Below are positions 1 through 9,800 of a stretch of 64,000 nt of DNA, in pieces. The stretch's first letter is position 1, and every line of letters starts with the position of its first letter. The notes under the pieces are model-generated. The model did no database searches, was not told the origin of the DNA, and was given only the letters and a program-made list of their open reading frames with translations. Origin of the DNA: Candidatus Melainabacteria bacterium 17Bon1m (GTDB lineage Bacteria; Cyanobacteriota; Vampirovibrionia; Obscuribacterales; Obscuribacteraceae); assembly GCA_032128875.1 (NCBI GenBank), contig JAVLKG010000012.1, forward strand, positions 64,001-128,000, given 5' to 3'. The position numbers and the translations under genes are program-made.

Positions 1-796
1 CGTAGGAGACGAAGCAGTTTTTCGACTGCGAGAAAAATAGCGATTTGTCCGGCATCATCTTGTAGAAATCCATAGAAGATCTGCCATTCTTTTCGGCGAT
101 TGAAAGAGCAAGTTTTCGCTCTTTCTCTTGTGTGTCGAAGTGATACTTGAGTGGGCGAAACATACTTGTGGCTATGAGGAAAATTGTGGTGGCACCTGCA
201 ACGTTCAATGATTTGAGAAACCATTTCGCGTGATGAGTCGCAGGCACCAGATCTGTGTTGCCCATGAGAAAGAAGCCATCGAGGGTTCGTTTTATCGAAT
301 CAGCCATGCTGAAATCAATGCCGAAGTCTCGTTTGTCCATGACGAAAAATCCGAGCGTGCCGTATATCAGCGTTAGTAAGACCGTCCCAGCGGAAACGTA
401 GATGCCTTTGGCAATTGATTGACTCTCGCTCTTTACCGAAAAGTCTGAGCGCAGCGCGAAAAGAAGGACTGCCAGTCCACCCAGAGCCCAAACTCCTGCA
501 CCTAAATCCTTGTGCAGAAGGTGCGTGCCTAGAGAGAGACTCGTTATCGCGATGGCGATGGCCCACGCAGTTCGTTTTCGCTCACTAAGGTTGACTGCGA
601 GGTACGTGAGTATCAAGCCGAAGCATATGATCAAACTTTTTGTCAGGTGACTTTCGAATGGAAGATAGGACGCAAACGGACTGTCAGAAATGTCGCCTTT
701 GATCCCGAGCCAAATATCAAGCAAGCCTACGCCGGCCGCGCATGCCGCTACCAGCTTCACGCCCAGTCCTTGAAGTAAAGGCTCTTTGTCCGCCAA
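1..796 (-). CDS. MprF/LysX-like aminoacyl-phosphatidylglycerol synthase domain protein (DUF2156-type), partial, runs off left edge
   Basis: Not in ORF track. Manual translation from TTG 796 gives several TM helices, YGTLGFFVMDKRDFG, AKWFLKSL, then GRSSMDFYKMMPDKSLFFS, typical of the start of the transferase domain. Start uncertain. Confidence 0.75.
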   Translation of the reverse strand, partial: MADKEPLLQGLGVKLVAACAAGVGLLDIWLGIKGDISDSPFASYLPFESHLTKSLIICFGLILTYLAVNLSERKRTAWAIAIAITSLSLGTHLLHKDLGAGVWALGGLAVLLFALRSDFSVKSESQSIAKGIYVSAGTVLLTLIYGTLGFFVMDKRDFGIDFSMADSIKRTLDGFFLMGNTDLVPATHHAKWFLKSLNVAGATTIFLIATSMFRPLKYHFDTQEKERKLALSIAEKNGRSSMDFYKMMPDKSLFFSQSKNCFVSY

Positions 797-944
797 GTTT
801 TGACCCGCTTTGAGTTTGGAAAGTGCTTCTAAGTTGACGCCATATATGCAGGGAATTCCTACCTGAATATTATCAAAAACATTGATCTTTCAAGCAAAGA
901 ATATCAAAACAAAGGTACACTAAGTGAGAGTGCGGAGAGTCTAG

Positions 945-3650
945 TTGAGAACTTCGAAAACAAGGGAAACGACCGCATCGCTTTCTGATCAAGCGCTGAT
1001 TTGTGCCGCGAAAGCTGTAGACGCACTCAACGAAAGATCTTTGCAGATAGAGGGCATTGAGGCGGACTTAGCTACCTCTACCATTTACGAGAAGATTAGG
1101 AAGCGTGTTGTCAGGCAAATTGCCCAGAGCCATGGTTCATCACTAGACTTTTCGCAGCTAGTCGATGCGTACGTGCTCTTGTTAGACCAGAGGCTGGCGC
1201 TGAGTTGTGGTCGTTACCAACTCGTTGCTTCCGAGAAAGAAAAACGGAAGCGCGGTGTGTTCTACACTCCTAATTGGTTAGCCAGAGAGCTTGCGATGAA
1301 GGCGCTTGCGCCGCTTGTTTTTTGCGACGAGAGTGGTCTGACTGTTGGTAGTGAATGCTCTAAGAACGTATCAAATAGACTGGTATCAGTGGAGAGGATG
1401 CTCTCCCTTACCATCCTTGATCCAGCGATGGGGGCTGGAACATTCTTGGTAAATTCGTCGGAGATTTTAAGTGAATTTGTAGTTCGAAAACTTGCTTATT
1501 GCAATGCTGATTCCGACTGGAATGCGCTTGTTCACTCGCTTCATGAATGTAGTCCGAAATCGTCAAGCCTGGCTGAATTGAAGTCGCTGAATGAAAGCCA
1601 GCTTTATGTAGTGGTGCTGCAGGCGGTGGCGCGGCGATGTTTGTATGGCTTTGATTTGGACGAAGCTGCAGTAGAACTCTCGAAGCTTGGCCTTGCGCTT
1701 CGCTGTGGCTTGTCTTCGGAGAGCAGCAACTTTTTTTCTAACCTCAAAACCGGCCATGCAATATTGGACCTGTGGAGAAGTCCAGGCGATATTTTCCCCG
1801 CCGTCTTTGCCCGGGAGAATCCAGGGTTTGATTTGATTATTACCAATCCACCATGGGAGATTGAAAAGTCCAACTCTCGAGAGTTCTTCTCACGCATTGA
1901 CCCAACATACATGTCGCTGAGCAAGCAAGCCGCCATCGAGAGGCAGAAGCAAATTCTGTCGCAGGACAAGACTGTGGAAGAGGAGTGGAATCAGTACCGC
2001 GCTAATCACGAGAAGCTAGGTTCATTCATTCAGCGCAGAGCGAGATTTCAAGGCGGTGGTGATTCGAATGCGTACAAGTTATTTTTAGAACTTGGTTATG
2101 ACCTCTCGCGTACAGGCGGTGTGATGGCGCAAATTGTGCCATCTGGAATCTACAGTGATAAAGGTGCAACCGAGTTGCGACGCTTGTTTGTGGAGAAGTG
2201 TCGTTGGCTTTTCTTGAACGGTTTTCACAATCACGACGGAATTTTTGAGATACATAGGTCGTTCAAATTTTGCATGCTTGGAGTGGTGAAAGGAGCGCGT
2301 ACCGATTCAGTCGAATGCGGCTTCCTTCGAGTTTCTTCAACAGAAAAACCAATTTCTTTCCAATACAGAATTGCAACACTCAATGCTTTGTCCCCTGAGA
2401 ATCTTGCATTTTTCGAAACCACAAATGCATCTGATCTAAGGCTCCTTGAAAAACTGGCAGCAACGTGCAAACCACTTGCGTCCATGCCTGTTTCGTTTCG
2501 TCGGGAGTTTGATATGACTAACGATTCGAAGCACTTTATCGAGAGGTCGGTAGCTCAGGTTGAAGGCTATGCGCTGGATAGTTTTGGACATTGGCTGAAA
2601 GGGTCTTGGAGACCGGCCGAACAAGTTGATACTAAGCATCGAGAGCAATTTGCGTTTTCGCCAGATGGAAAAACTGCAATTGCAGTTGATGATATAAAGC
2701 GTGTTCTTCTGCCGGTTTACGAAGGTCGCATGATCGGACAGTATGACTGGGCGAAAAAGGCTTGGATGCAGGGCAAAGGTCGCAGCGCCGAGTGGACAGA
2801 GTTGCCTTTTGGTGAGAAACATATGCTGCCTCAGTATCTCCTCGATGTCGACAGCTACCTGGAATCGCAGCCTAATCGCGGGGCAAAAGTGGCGTACCTC
2901 GCAGTAGGAGCATCGACGAATTCACGTTCGTGCATAGCCTCTTTGATTGGCGATTGGCCGTGTGGAAATTCAGTGCCTGTGCTGACGCCGTCCAGCGGGG
3001 CAGGAGAAGAACGGAATGCTTTTCTATCGGCACTGCTTGCGTGTCTCAATAGTTTTGTCTTTGATTACATCTTGCGTTTGAGACTGTCTGCCAACAACCT
3101 TAACTGGTTTATTTTGCAAGAGTGTCTTCTACCAAACGTAAATCAACTGGCACGAAATGAGCCTCTACTATCAGCGGTTTCGGAACTGAGCGCTCACAAC
3201 GCCCTTCTCGCTGAGGGATTCGGTAGCAAATGTCCCGACGCTGTTCGCCGATTGAAGTTGAGAGCCTTCATTGAGGCTGTGGTCGCGCAAAGCTATCAGA
3301 TAAGCGACTCTGATTGCGAGGTCATCCTCAGAGGCTGTGAGCTCGGCAATCTTCGTCCGACGAAGGTTAAGCCGTCCTCAATCGATAAAGGTTTTCATCG
3401 CATGGATCTGGAGTTGCCGTCCAAGCTCAGGGCACCTTCACTCTTTCTTGAGGCTTTTAAGTTAATTCGTGAGCGTGATGCAAATTGGCTATTTGAGAAT
3501 CTTGACGCTGATGAAGTGTTGTTCTCCAGGCAGAGTTTTGAACTCCCAATATCGAGCGCCGAGCGCTCAGAGATCATGACTGCAAGGGAGGCGGCGACCC
3601 TCATGTGCCGCATTAGAAATGCCGGCTCTCGCCTTGGATTTCCTCGCTAA
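945..3650 (+). CDS. N6-adenine DNA methyltransferase, Eco57I/type IIG-like, with C-terminal target-recognition region
   Basis: GVFYTP (motif X), ILDPAMGAGTFL (motif I), LYGFDLD, DLIITNPPW (motif IV); later REFDMTNDS and LPVYEGRMIGQYD. Confidence 0.85.
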   Translation: MRTSKTRETTASLSDQALICAAKAVDALNERSLQIEGIEADLATSTIYEKIRKRVVRQIAQSHGSSLDFSQLVDAYVLLLDQRLALSCGRYQLVASEKEKRKRGVFYTPNWLARELAMKALAPLVFCDESGLTVGSECSKNVSNRLVSVERMLSLTILDPAMGAGTFLVNSSEILSEFVVRKLAYCNADSDWNALVHSLHECSPKSSSLAELKSLNESQLYVVVLQAVARRCLYGFDLDEAAVELSKLGLALRCGLSSESSNFFSNLKTGHAILDLWRSPGDIFPAVFARENPGFDLIITNPPWEIEKSNSREFFSRIDPTYMSLSKQAAIERQKQILSQDKTVEEEWNQYRANHEKLGSFIQRRARFQGGGDSNAYKLFLELGYDLSRTGGVMAQIVPSGIYSDKGATELRRLFVEKCRWLFLNGFHNHDGIFEIHRSFKFCMLGVVKGARTDSVECGFLRVSSTEKPISFQYRIATLNALSPENLAFFETTNASDLRLLEKLAATCKPLASMPVSFRREFDMTNDSKHFIERSVAQVEGYALDSFGHWLKGSWRPAEQVDTKHREQFAFSPDGKTAIAVDDIKRVLLPVYEGRMIGQYDWAKKAWMQGKGRSAEWTELPFGEKHMLPQYLLDVDSYLESQPNRGAKVAYLAVGASTNSRSCIASLIGDWPCGNSVPVLTPSSGAGEERNAFLSALLACLNSFVFDYILRLRLSANNLNWFILQECLLPNVNQLARNEPLLSAVSELSAHNALLAEGFGSKCPDAVRRLKLRAFIEAVVAQSYQISDSDCEVILRGCELGNLRPTKVKPSSIDKGFHRMDLELPSKLRAPSLFLEAFKLIRERDANWLFENLDADEVLFSRQSFELPISSAERSEIMTAREAATLMCRIRNAGSRLGFPR

Positions 3651-3808
3651 GCGTTAACTGCTGTCTCTTTTGGGCTTTTTATTCGGATTTATATATGGCT
3701 TAGACTCTAAGGCAAGTGGGAATAGATAAGAAGCTAATACAGGTAATACTCTAATTATCTGACGCTTAGCCTATTAATTCTATTGGCTGGAGATGTCCTG
3801 GAAGCCCG

Positions 3809-6508
3809 ATGGAGCCTGAAGATAACGAGTTTTCGATAGAGGAGGACAAGACGCCATGCGCTGGTCCTCCCCCATCAGCACAAGATATCTCCCAGCAAAG
3901 GACCATTGCCGGTTCGCGCCTGAAAGATGAACCGATGGCTATTGTTGCGGATTCACTGGTTGGTGAGATTCTCGACAGTAAGTACGGCATTGTAAAACGG
4001 CTAGGCATTGGCGGAATGAGTGTCGTCTATCAAGCGAGAGATCTTTCGCTTGGGCGAAACGTTGCTATCAAGATGATGCCTCTGCAATCAGGTCATACGA
4101 CGCAAGACTTGCCTCGCTTCCAACAAGAAGCACAAACAATCAGCAGATTGAAGCATCCCAATCTTGTTACTGTGTTTGAATTTAACGTCAACAACATACC
4201 ACCGTATTTGGTGATGGAGTATATCGAAGGCAAGTCGCTTGCTGAAGTGCTCAGCAGTGAAGGACCTCTCGGTTTGGAACGCGGCATCAATGTTTTGCGC
4301 CAGATGTGCAGCGCACTTACACATGCCCATGAAAACGGAGTTGTTCACCGAGATCTCAAGCCAGCAAACGTCCTTTTGCAGAAGACTGCTACGAATACCG
4401 AAATCGTCAAAATCGTGGATTTCGGCATAGCTAAGCTTGTGCATCAGGACGATGCCGACGCACAAAATTTTACGCGCTCTGGAGAAATCCTCGGAAGTCC
4501 ACTGTACATGAGCCCCGAGCAGTGTCAGGGCAAGAAGCTGGATCATCGCTCGGACATCTATTCGATGGGGTGTGTACTGTATGCAATTTTCGTCGGCGTA
4601 CCACCCTTCCAGGGCGCGACAGCGTTTGAAACAATTCAAATGCATATGCACGAACAGCCTGTATCAATCAGCTCTCGCAGAAGAGACTTGCCTTATGCAA
4701 TGGAGCTGGATTCGATTTTGTTTAAAGCGATGGCGAAAGAGCAATCTCAGCGATACCAGACAATTGGCGAATTAGACGAAGCTCTGTCGAAAATTGGTCT
4801 AGAAGATGAGATGGTCGGTTTTGGCGCCCTAAAAGCCATGATTGATCTCAATTTCAACCGAGCTGCAGCGAAGAAAAGCCGCGGTATGTCAGTCAAGCTG
4901 TTTTGGCTTGTCACCATCATTAGTGTCGGCATCGGCTGCTTTGGTCTTTGGCACGCTTTGGATAGATACTTTGCGGAAGACAGTGTTAAGAGCTGGCCTG
5001 AGATGGACTATGGCGGACAGAAGGCTTTTGATGAAGGTGATTACCCGAGAGCAAACAACTTCTTCACGCTCGCGTTAAAGCAAGCTCAGCGCTCCAATAA
5101 CATGACTAGGATCAACGCCTCTCTTGAAGAGCTGATCGATCTTAACGAGGTGTTGAAAAATCGTGAGAAGGTAATTGAATACCAAAGCCAGCACGAGAGT
5201 TCGCCTGAAGAAACACAACTTGGTCTGCGAACTTACAGAATTGTTGCACTAGCTCAAAATGCTTTGGATGACTTGGAGAAGCAAATGAAAACGCTTCCTC
5301 CTCCCGGTCCGGCGCGCACAAAGCAGGAGATAAAACTGCAGCGGAAGCTTGCTGTTGTTCTCGGCGATTGCCGTCAATTGTTGGTGAGAAAAGCCGACAG
5401 TCGTCAGTTCACCATTATTCATGGACCAAATGCAATTCGATGCCAGGAAATTTTGATCAACGCGAGAAAGCTTTGCAAAGAGCTTACCGGTGAACAACAC
5501 GCGCTCTATGGGCGTGTTCTCCACACACTTGCTCTTGCATATTTGGCAACCAGTCAACCAGATCTTGCGGAGAGGTGTTTTGAGTCTGCGGAGAATCTGC
5601 TCAAGAATTCACCTGCTGTTTCTCCTCTGGAGCGAGCTGATTATCTGAGTGATGCCTCTCACTTTTTTCAATTGCATGGCAATTCAGAGAAGGCTATCTT
5701 GGCACTACAGAAGGAGTTGGAACTAGCTGGCGGAGCGGAATCCAATAGCATCATCGCAGGATCGATTTGTTTTCAACTTGCAGAGTTGTACTACGCCATT
5801 GGCAAACATGAGCAGGCAAAAAAATATGCTCAGCTTTCGATCGAGATTTTGGAAAAGACGCAAGAAAAGGAAATGGGAGTTACTCACTCTTTCCTGCTTT
5901 TATACATGAAGGACTATCAAGGAGCGCTTCAACCTGCACAGCAGTCTTTGCAAGAGAGTGAGCGAAAAGAAGTCAAAGACTATTGGGAGTTGACTTCTCT
6001 TCTTACGATTATTGCCACTTGCTACAGTCATGATCCGAAGACCGCACCACTGGCAATTCCGCTTCTAAAGCGCGCTGCTGCGGTTAACTTAAGATGCGGG
6101 GAGCCTTTTGCCTATGTGCGCAGATTGCAAAAACTGGCAAAAGTATATTCAATTTGCGGAATGCAGCAAGACGAGTTGAAAACGTATGAAGAGACTCTTA
6201 AGAATGCTGTCAACTTGTACGGCAGTCGAAGTCCTGCTCTCGCTTCTCTCTATAAAGACTATGCCGCGGCGCAGTTGCAATCGGGTGATAAGGATGGCGC
6301 GGAGAGAAGTCTGAGCAAAACAGTTGTTATTCTGGAAAAAGGTTCTTCCTCAAGTCCTCAGATGAAAGAGGCTCTGGAAAGGCTAGCGGATGTGCTTCGT
6401 CAGCAAGGGCGTGCGGAAGAAGCTGAAGAATTCCAATCGCGCGCAAGCAGCATTAAGTTAGAAGCTGATGGAGCAAAGCAAGATCCGCTCGATGCCATTC
6501 CCAATTAG
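3809..6508 (+). CDS. Ser/Thr protein kinase with TM segment and C-terminal TPR repeats
   Basis: GIGGMSVV, VAIK, HRDLKPAN, DFG, YMSPE; TM LFWLVTIISVGIGCFGLW; helical TPR-like tail. Confidence 0.92.
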   Translation: MEPEDNEFSIEEDKTPCAGPPPSAQDISQQRTIAGSRLKDEPMAIVADSLVGEILDSKYGIVKRLGIGGMSVVYQARDLSLGRNVAIKMMPLQSGHTTQDLPRFQQEAQTISRLKHPNLVTVFEFNVNNIPPYLVMEYIEGKSLAEVLSSEGPLGLERGINVLRQMCSALTHAHENGVVHRDLKPANVLLQKTATNTEIVKIVDFGIAKLVHQDDADAQNFTRSGEILGSPLYMSPEQCQGKKLDHRSDIYSMGCVLYAIFVGVPPFQGATAFETIQMHMHEQPVSISSRRRDLPYAMELDSILFKAMAKEQSQRYQTIGELDEALSKIGLEDEMVGFGALKAMIDLNFNRAAAKKSRGMSVKLFWLVTIISVGIGCFGLWHALDRYFAEDSVKSWPEMDYGGQKAFDEGDYPRANNFFTLALKQAQRSNNMTRINASLEELIDLNEVLKNREKVIEYQSQHESSPEETQLGLRTYRIVALAQNALDDLEKQMKTLPPPGPARTKQEIKLQRKLAVVLGDCRQLLVRKADSRQFTIIHGPNAIRCQEILINARKLCKELTGEQHALYGRVLHTLALAYLATSQPDLAERCFESAENLLKNSPAVSPLERADYLSDASHFFQLHGNSEKAILALQKELELAGGAESNSIIAGSICFQLAELYYAIGKHEQAKKYAQLSIEILEKTQEKEMGVTHSFLLLYMKDYQGALQPAQQSLQESERKEVKDYWELTSLLTIIATCYSHDPKTAPLAIPLLKRAAAVNLRCGEPFAYVRRLQKLAKVYSICGMQQDELKTYEETLKNAVNLYGSRSPALASLYKDYAAAQLQSGDKDGAERSLSKTVVILEKGSSSSPQMKEALERLADVLRQQGRAEEAEEFQSRASSIKLEADGAKQDPLDAIPN

Positions 6509-6538
6509 CTGAGGGTCCACAGGATCACCGGTACGCGT

Positions 6539-6582
6539 TCAGGGTTAACCCTATCGATTCCGTCCGTCGTTCGCGTTAAATT
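6539..6582 (+). promoter_or_regulatory. Putative regulator box TCAGGGTTAACCC plus -35/-10 (TCGATT-17-TAAATT)
   Basis: Same box and same 38-nt offset to a TANNNT hexamer at 45874, 48786 and 61601. Confidence 0.65.
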
Positions 6583-6832
6583 TTCAACGCTGGCTTTCCA
6601 GCGTTTCTAACTTACTAGTCAGACAACCAGTTCATTCGCATGCATCTCATCGAGTTGCGCGCAGGTACTGTCATACACAAGAATAGGCAGTTTTGCTTCT
6701 GCACAAACACGTGCCAGTGCACAACTTGCATTATCAACGAGTGCAGCTCGAAGTTGCATTCAGATTTGTGAATGCGTTTTCCTGCGCTGCTTTTGATGGC
6801 GTGCACGGTTGAACATGAGTGGAGAAACTCAT

Positions 6833-9800
6833 ATGAGCGATGATATTAATGAAGATTCGGACTTAGCTCCGGAAGAAAGTGATGATCTTGCCGATCTTGA
6901 AGATCTTGCCGAGCCCGAAGATGAGCAAGATGATCAAGAAATCTATAAAGATCAAGAGACTCAAAAGGTTCAAAAAGTTCAAAAGATTCAAAAGATTCAA
7001 AAGATTCAGAAGGTTCAAGAGTTCCATAAAGACCAAAAGTCTCATAAAGACCAAAAGTCTCGAAAAGAAGAGCGGACGTCCAAGCGAAATAGCGATGCCG
7101 AGAAAGTCACAAAACTGAGACTTGATTGGAAGTGGAAGATTCCGATTTCATTCAATGATTTCTGTGTCGTCTCATTGGGTGTTTTGATTCCCCTTGCGGT
7201 GCTACTTTTGGGATCTGCATTTGCCGCGAAGCGACTAACTCTGGTGTTGCTCAATCATCCCGTTGAGACAATCGTTCAGATATTTTTTGCTTTGCTGATT
7301 CCACTTGCGAATTTTAGAATGTGGCGTTCTTTGCGACGTCAGGATTATCGCTTTTCTGCCTTCAGAGGTATATTCTCTGGCGCAGCAGTTGGAGCCGCTC
7401 TTACAATATGCGCCGTCAGTATGGCTTCGATGGTCGTGGGCGGTGAAGTTATGGAAAACGAAATTGGCACCACTTTTGGTACTGGCTTTACCTTCCTGAG
7501 TACATTGACATTCTTGTCCATGTTGGTGGCAATCTATCAGGTTAATGTGTTTCGTCTGGCTCGTGATTTTCGGGTCTCTCGCGCGCAGATAACGATGTTT
7601 GCAACTATTGGTGTTTTGCTCTCAATTGCCTCTCTGTGTGCGACTGAAGCAAAGTCATTCTATGTGCGCATTGCAGAGAAGAGTGCAGTTACAAATGACA
7701 AAGCAGAGCGTCAACGTGGACTCAATGTTTTGAGGACGCTAGATATCGAGCGTCAATTGCGTATGGAGTGTACTGATGATCGAGCTGCCGGCCTGTCCGG
7801 TTTGTTTATTCCAATCAAATCGTCCACGCAAAGGCAGTTATATTTCGCCATCACAGGCAAGCCATTTAGAGACGTTAATGCAGGGGAATTGTCGGCAATG
7901 TCCGATGACTACCTGCGTCGCCACGTTGTCGGTGAGCCGGTCAAAGGACTAACGCTTGTCCGTTCGCTCTTGAGTGGTTCGTTGAGTCCAGCGACTCTAA
8001 CTTCTACTGTCAATTGGACCTATGTATTCAAGAATGAATCTGCCGGACCGCAGGAGGCGCGTGCAGAGATTGCTTTACCGGCAGGAACGGCTGTGACCGG
8101 TATGACCCTGTGGAAAGACGGTGAGCCTACCGATGCTCGTATAGCTGTTTCCGTTAGTGAAGCGGGTCAAGGCGAACAAAGCTGGGTTCAAGCGAATCAT
8201 AATTGCCCTGCAATGCTTACGCCGATTGGGCATGGTCGTTTTTTGCTCCACTGCTATCCGGTTGAGCAAGATGAAGAACTGAAGATTCGCATGACAATGG
8301 TGGTGCCCTTGAAGGCTGAAAGCGCTTCCCAAGCGGCATTGCCGATACCTCGATTTGTTGCCGCCAACTTTACGTTGGATGGAAAGCATTTACTCAAAGT
8401 CAAATCGCCGCTAGCGCTAAAAGCGCACAGCAAGGATTTAAAACAGTCGCATAGCACATCCGGGCAGCACATTGTTGCCGGTCCACTCACGAAGGAGGAA
8501 TTGAAAGGCAGCGAAGTGGGCATCGCTGCGCAACTGCCGGCCAAAATGGAGCAAGTCGCAGTGTTCGACATGATTTCCACAAAACTGAAGGAGCAAGAGG
8601 AAAAGGAAAAACTAAAGAGAAAGCGTGAACAAGAGCTTGAGGCTCAGGCTCAAGCAGAGGCAGAACTTGCAGAGGAGGAAGGTAAGCCGCAACAAGTTGT
8701 AGTAATGATTGACGGCTCACGAGGCGTGCGGCAACAGTTGGAGGATGTTGCTCGCGTTCTCAAGCCGGGAAAAGCGAAGAAGAAAGCTATTCAAGCTCTC
8801 AAGAAGGGACAGGTCGCAAAACGCTATGTCGTTGAGACCATTAAACCGATTTGTGTAAAACCGCCGAAGAATTTGGTGGTGGTGCTCGACGGATCCTCGG
8901 CACTAGCAGGACAGGAGAAGGAGATAATCGCAGCTCTAAGAAGCGTTCCAAAAGGTGTAATCACAACTGTGATGGTGGCATCGGATGAGCAGAAAAAGGA
9001 ATTGGAAAGTCTTGAGGTGGAAAGCGGTATCAAACTTATTTCCAACATGAAGTTCGCTGGTGGACAAGACAATTTGCAAGCAGTCGTTAACGCATCTGAA
9101 CTTGCAGGCGAAAGCGCAAATGGTGCGGTCCTTTGGATTCATGGCCCACAGCCTGCATTCAATCGCGAAATCTATATCATGTCGCAATATTCGAATGTTC
9201 CTGCCTTCTATGAATACTCGATAGACAGTGGAGAGACTGATACTCTCGAGTTCTTCAAAAACCATGCGGAGATCGGACCATTCTCTCAAATTCCTAAGAG
9301 TGGTTCGATGGGCAAGGACATCGCCAGTTTTTTATCCCGCTGGCGCAGTGATAGGACAAACTATGCTGTGGCATTGGCTGAAACAATCGAAAAGCCGACC
9401 TGCAGAATGGCTACTCCGAAAGAATCAATGGAGCTGCTAGCACTGAGAGCGAATGCCTATTGTGAACAGTTGCTCTCCGAACGCCGAGCCGCCAGAGCCG
9501 CGACTATTGCTGCAACATACGGTTTGGTCACACCGGTTAGTTCGGCCATCGTGAATGAAGCTGTCGGTCGCAATCTCCATCTAGGAGAAGCTCCCGTTCA
9601 AACCAGAGAGCAAGATAGTGATGTTCCGACATTGCAGGGGGCCACGAATGGTACCATCGGACCTCAAGGTACCGATGCGACCTATGTGACTGGTATCAAC
9701 ACTGCTGGTACAGTGCGCGTAAACAATTTGGCAAACCTTGAAGCTCTGCTGAATGTCATTACCAATCTGGCGGAAATGGTTGGTTTGACTCTCGGCTTCG

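Noticed and set aside
848-863. Additional TCAGGG-box candidate (GCAGGGAATTCCTACC); also one at 54026
   Set aside because: Degenerate, and no TANNNT at the 38-nt offset on either strand.
6640-6771. Cys-rich 43-aa ORF (MHLIELRAG...FCFCTNTCQCTTCIINEC...) as a RiPP precursor or metallothionein
   Set aside because: No RBS, no modifying enzymes nearby and no counterpart in the paralog's leader; TGCA-rich stems can explain the Cys codons.
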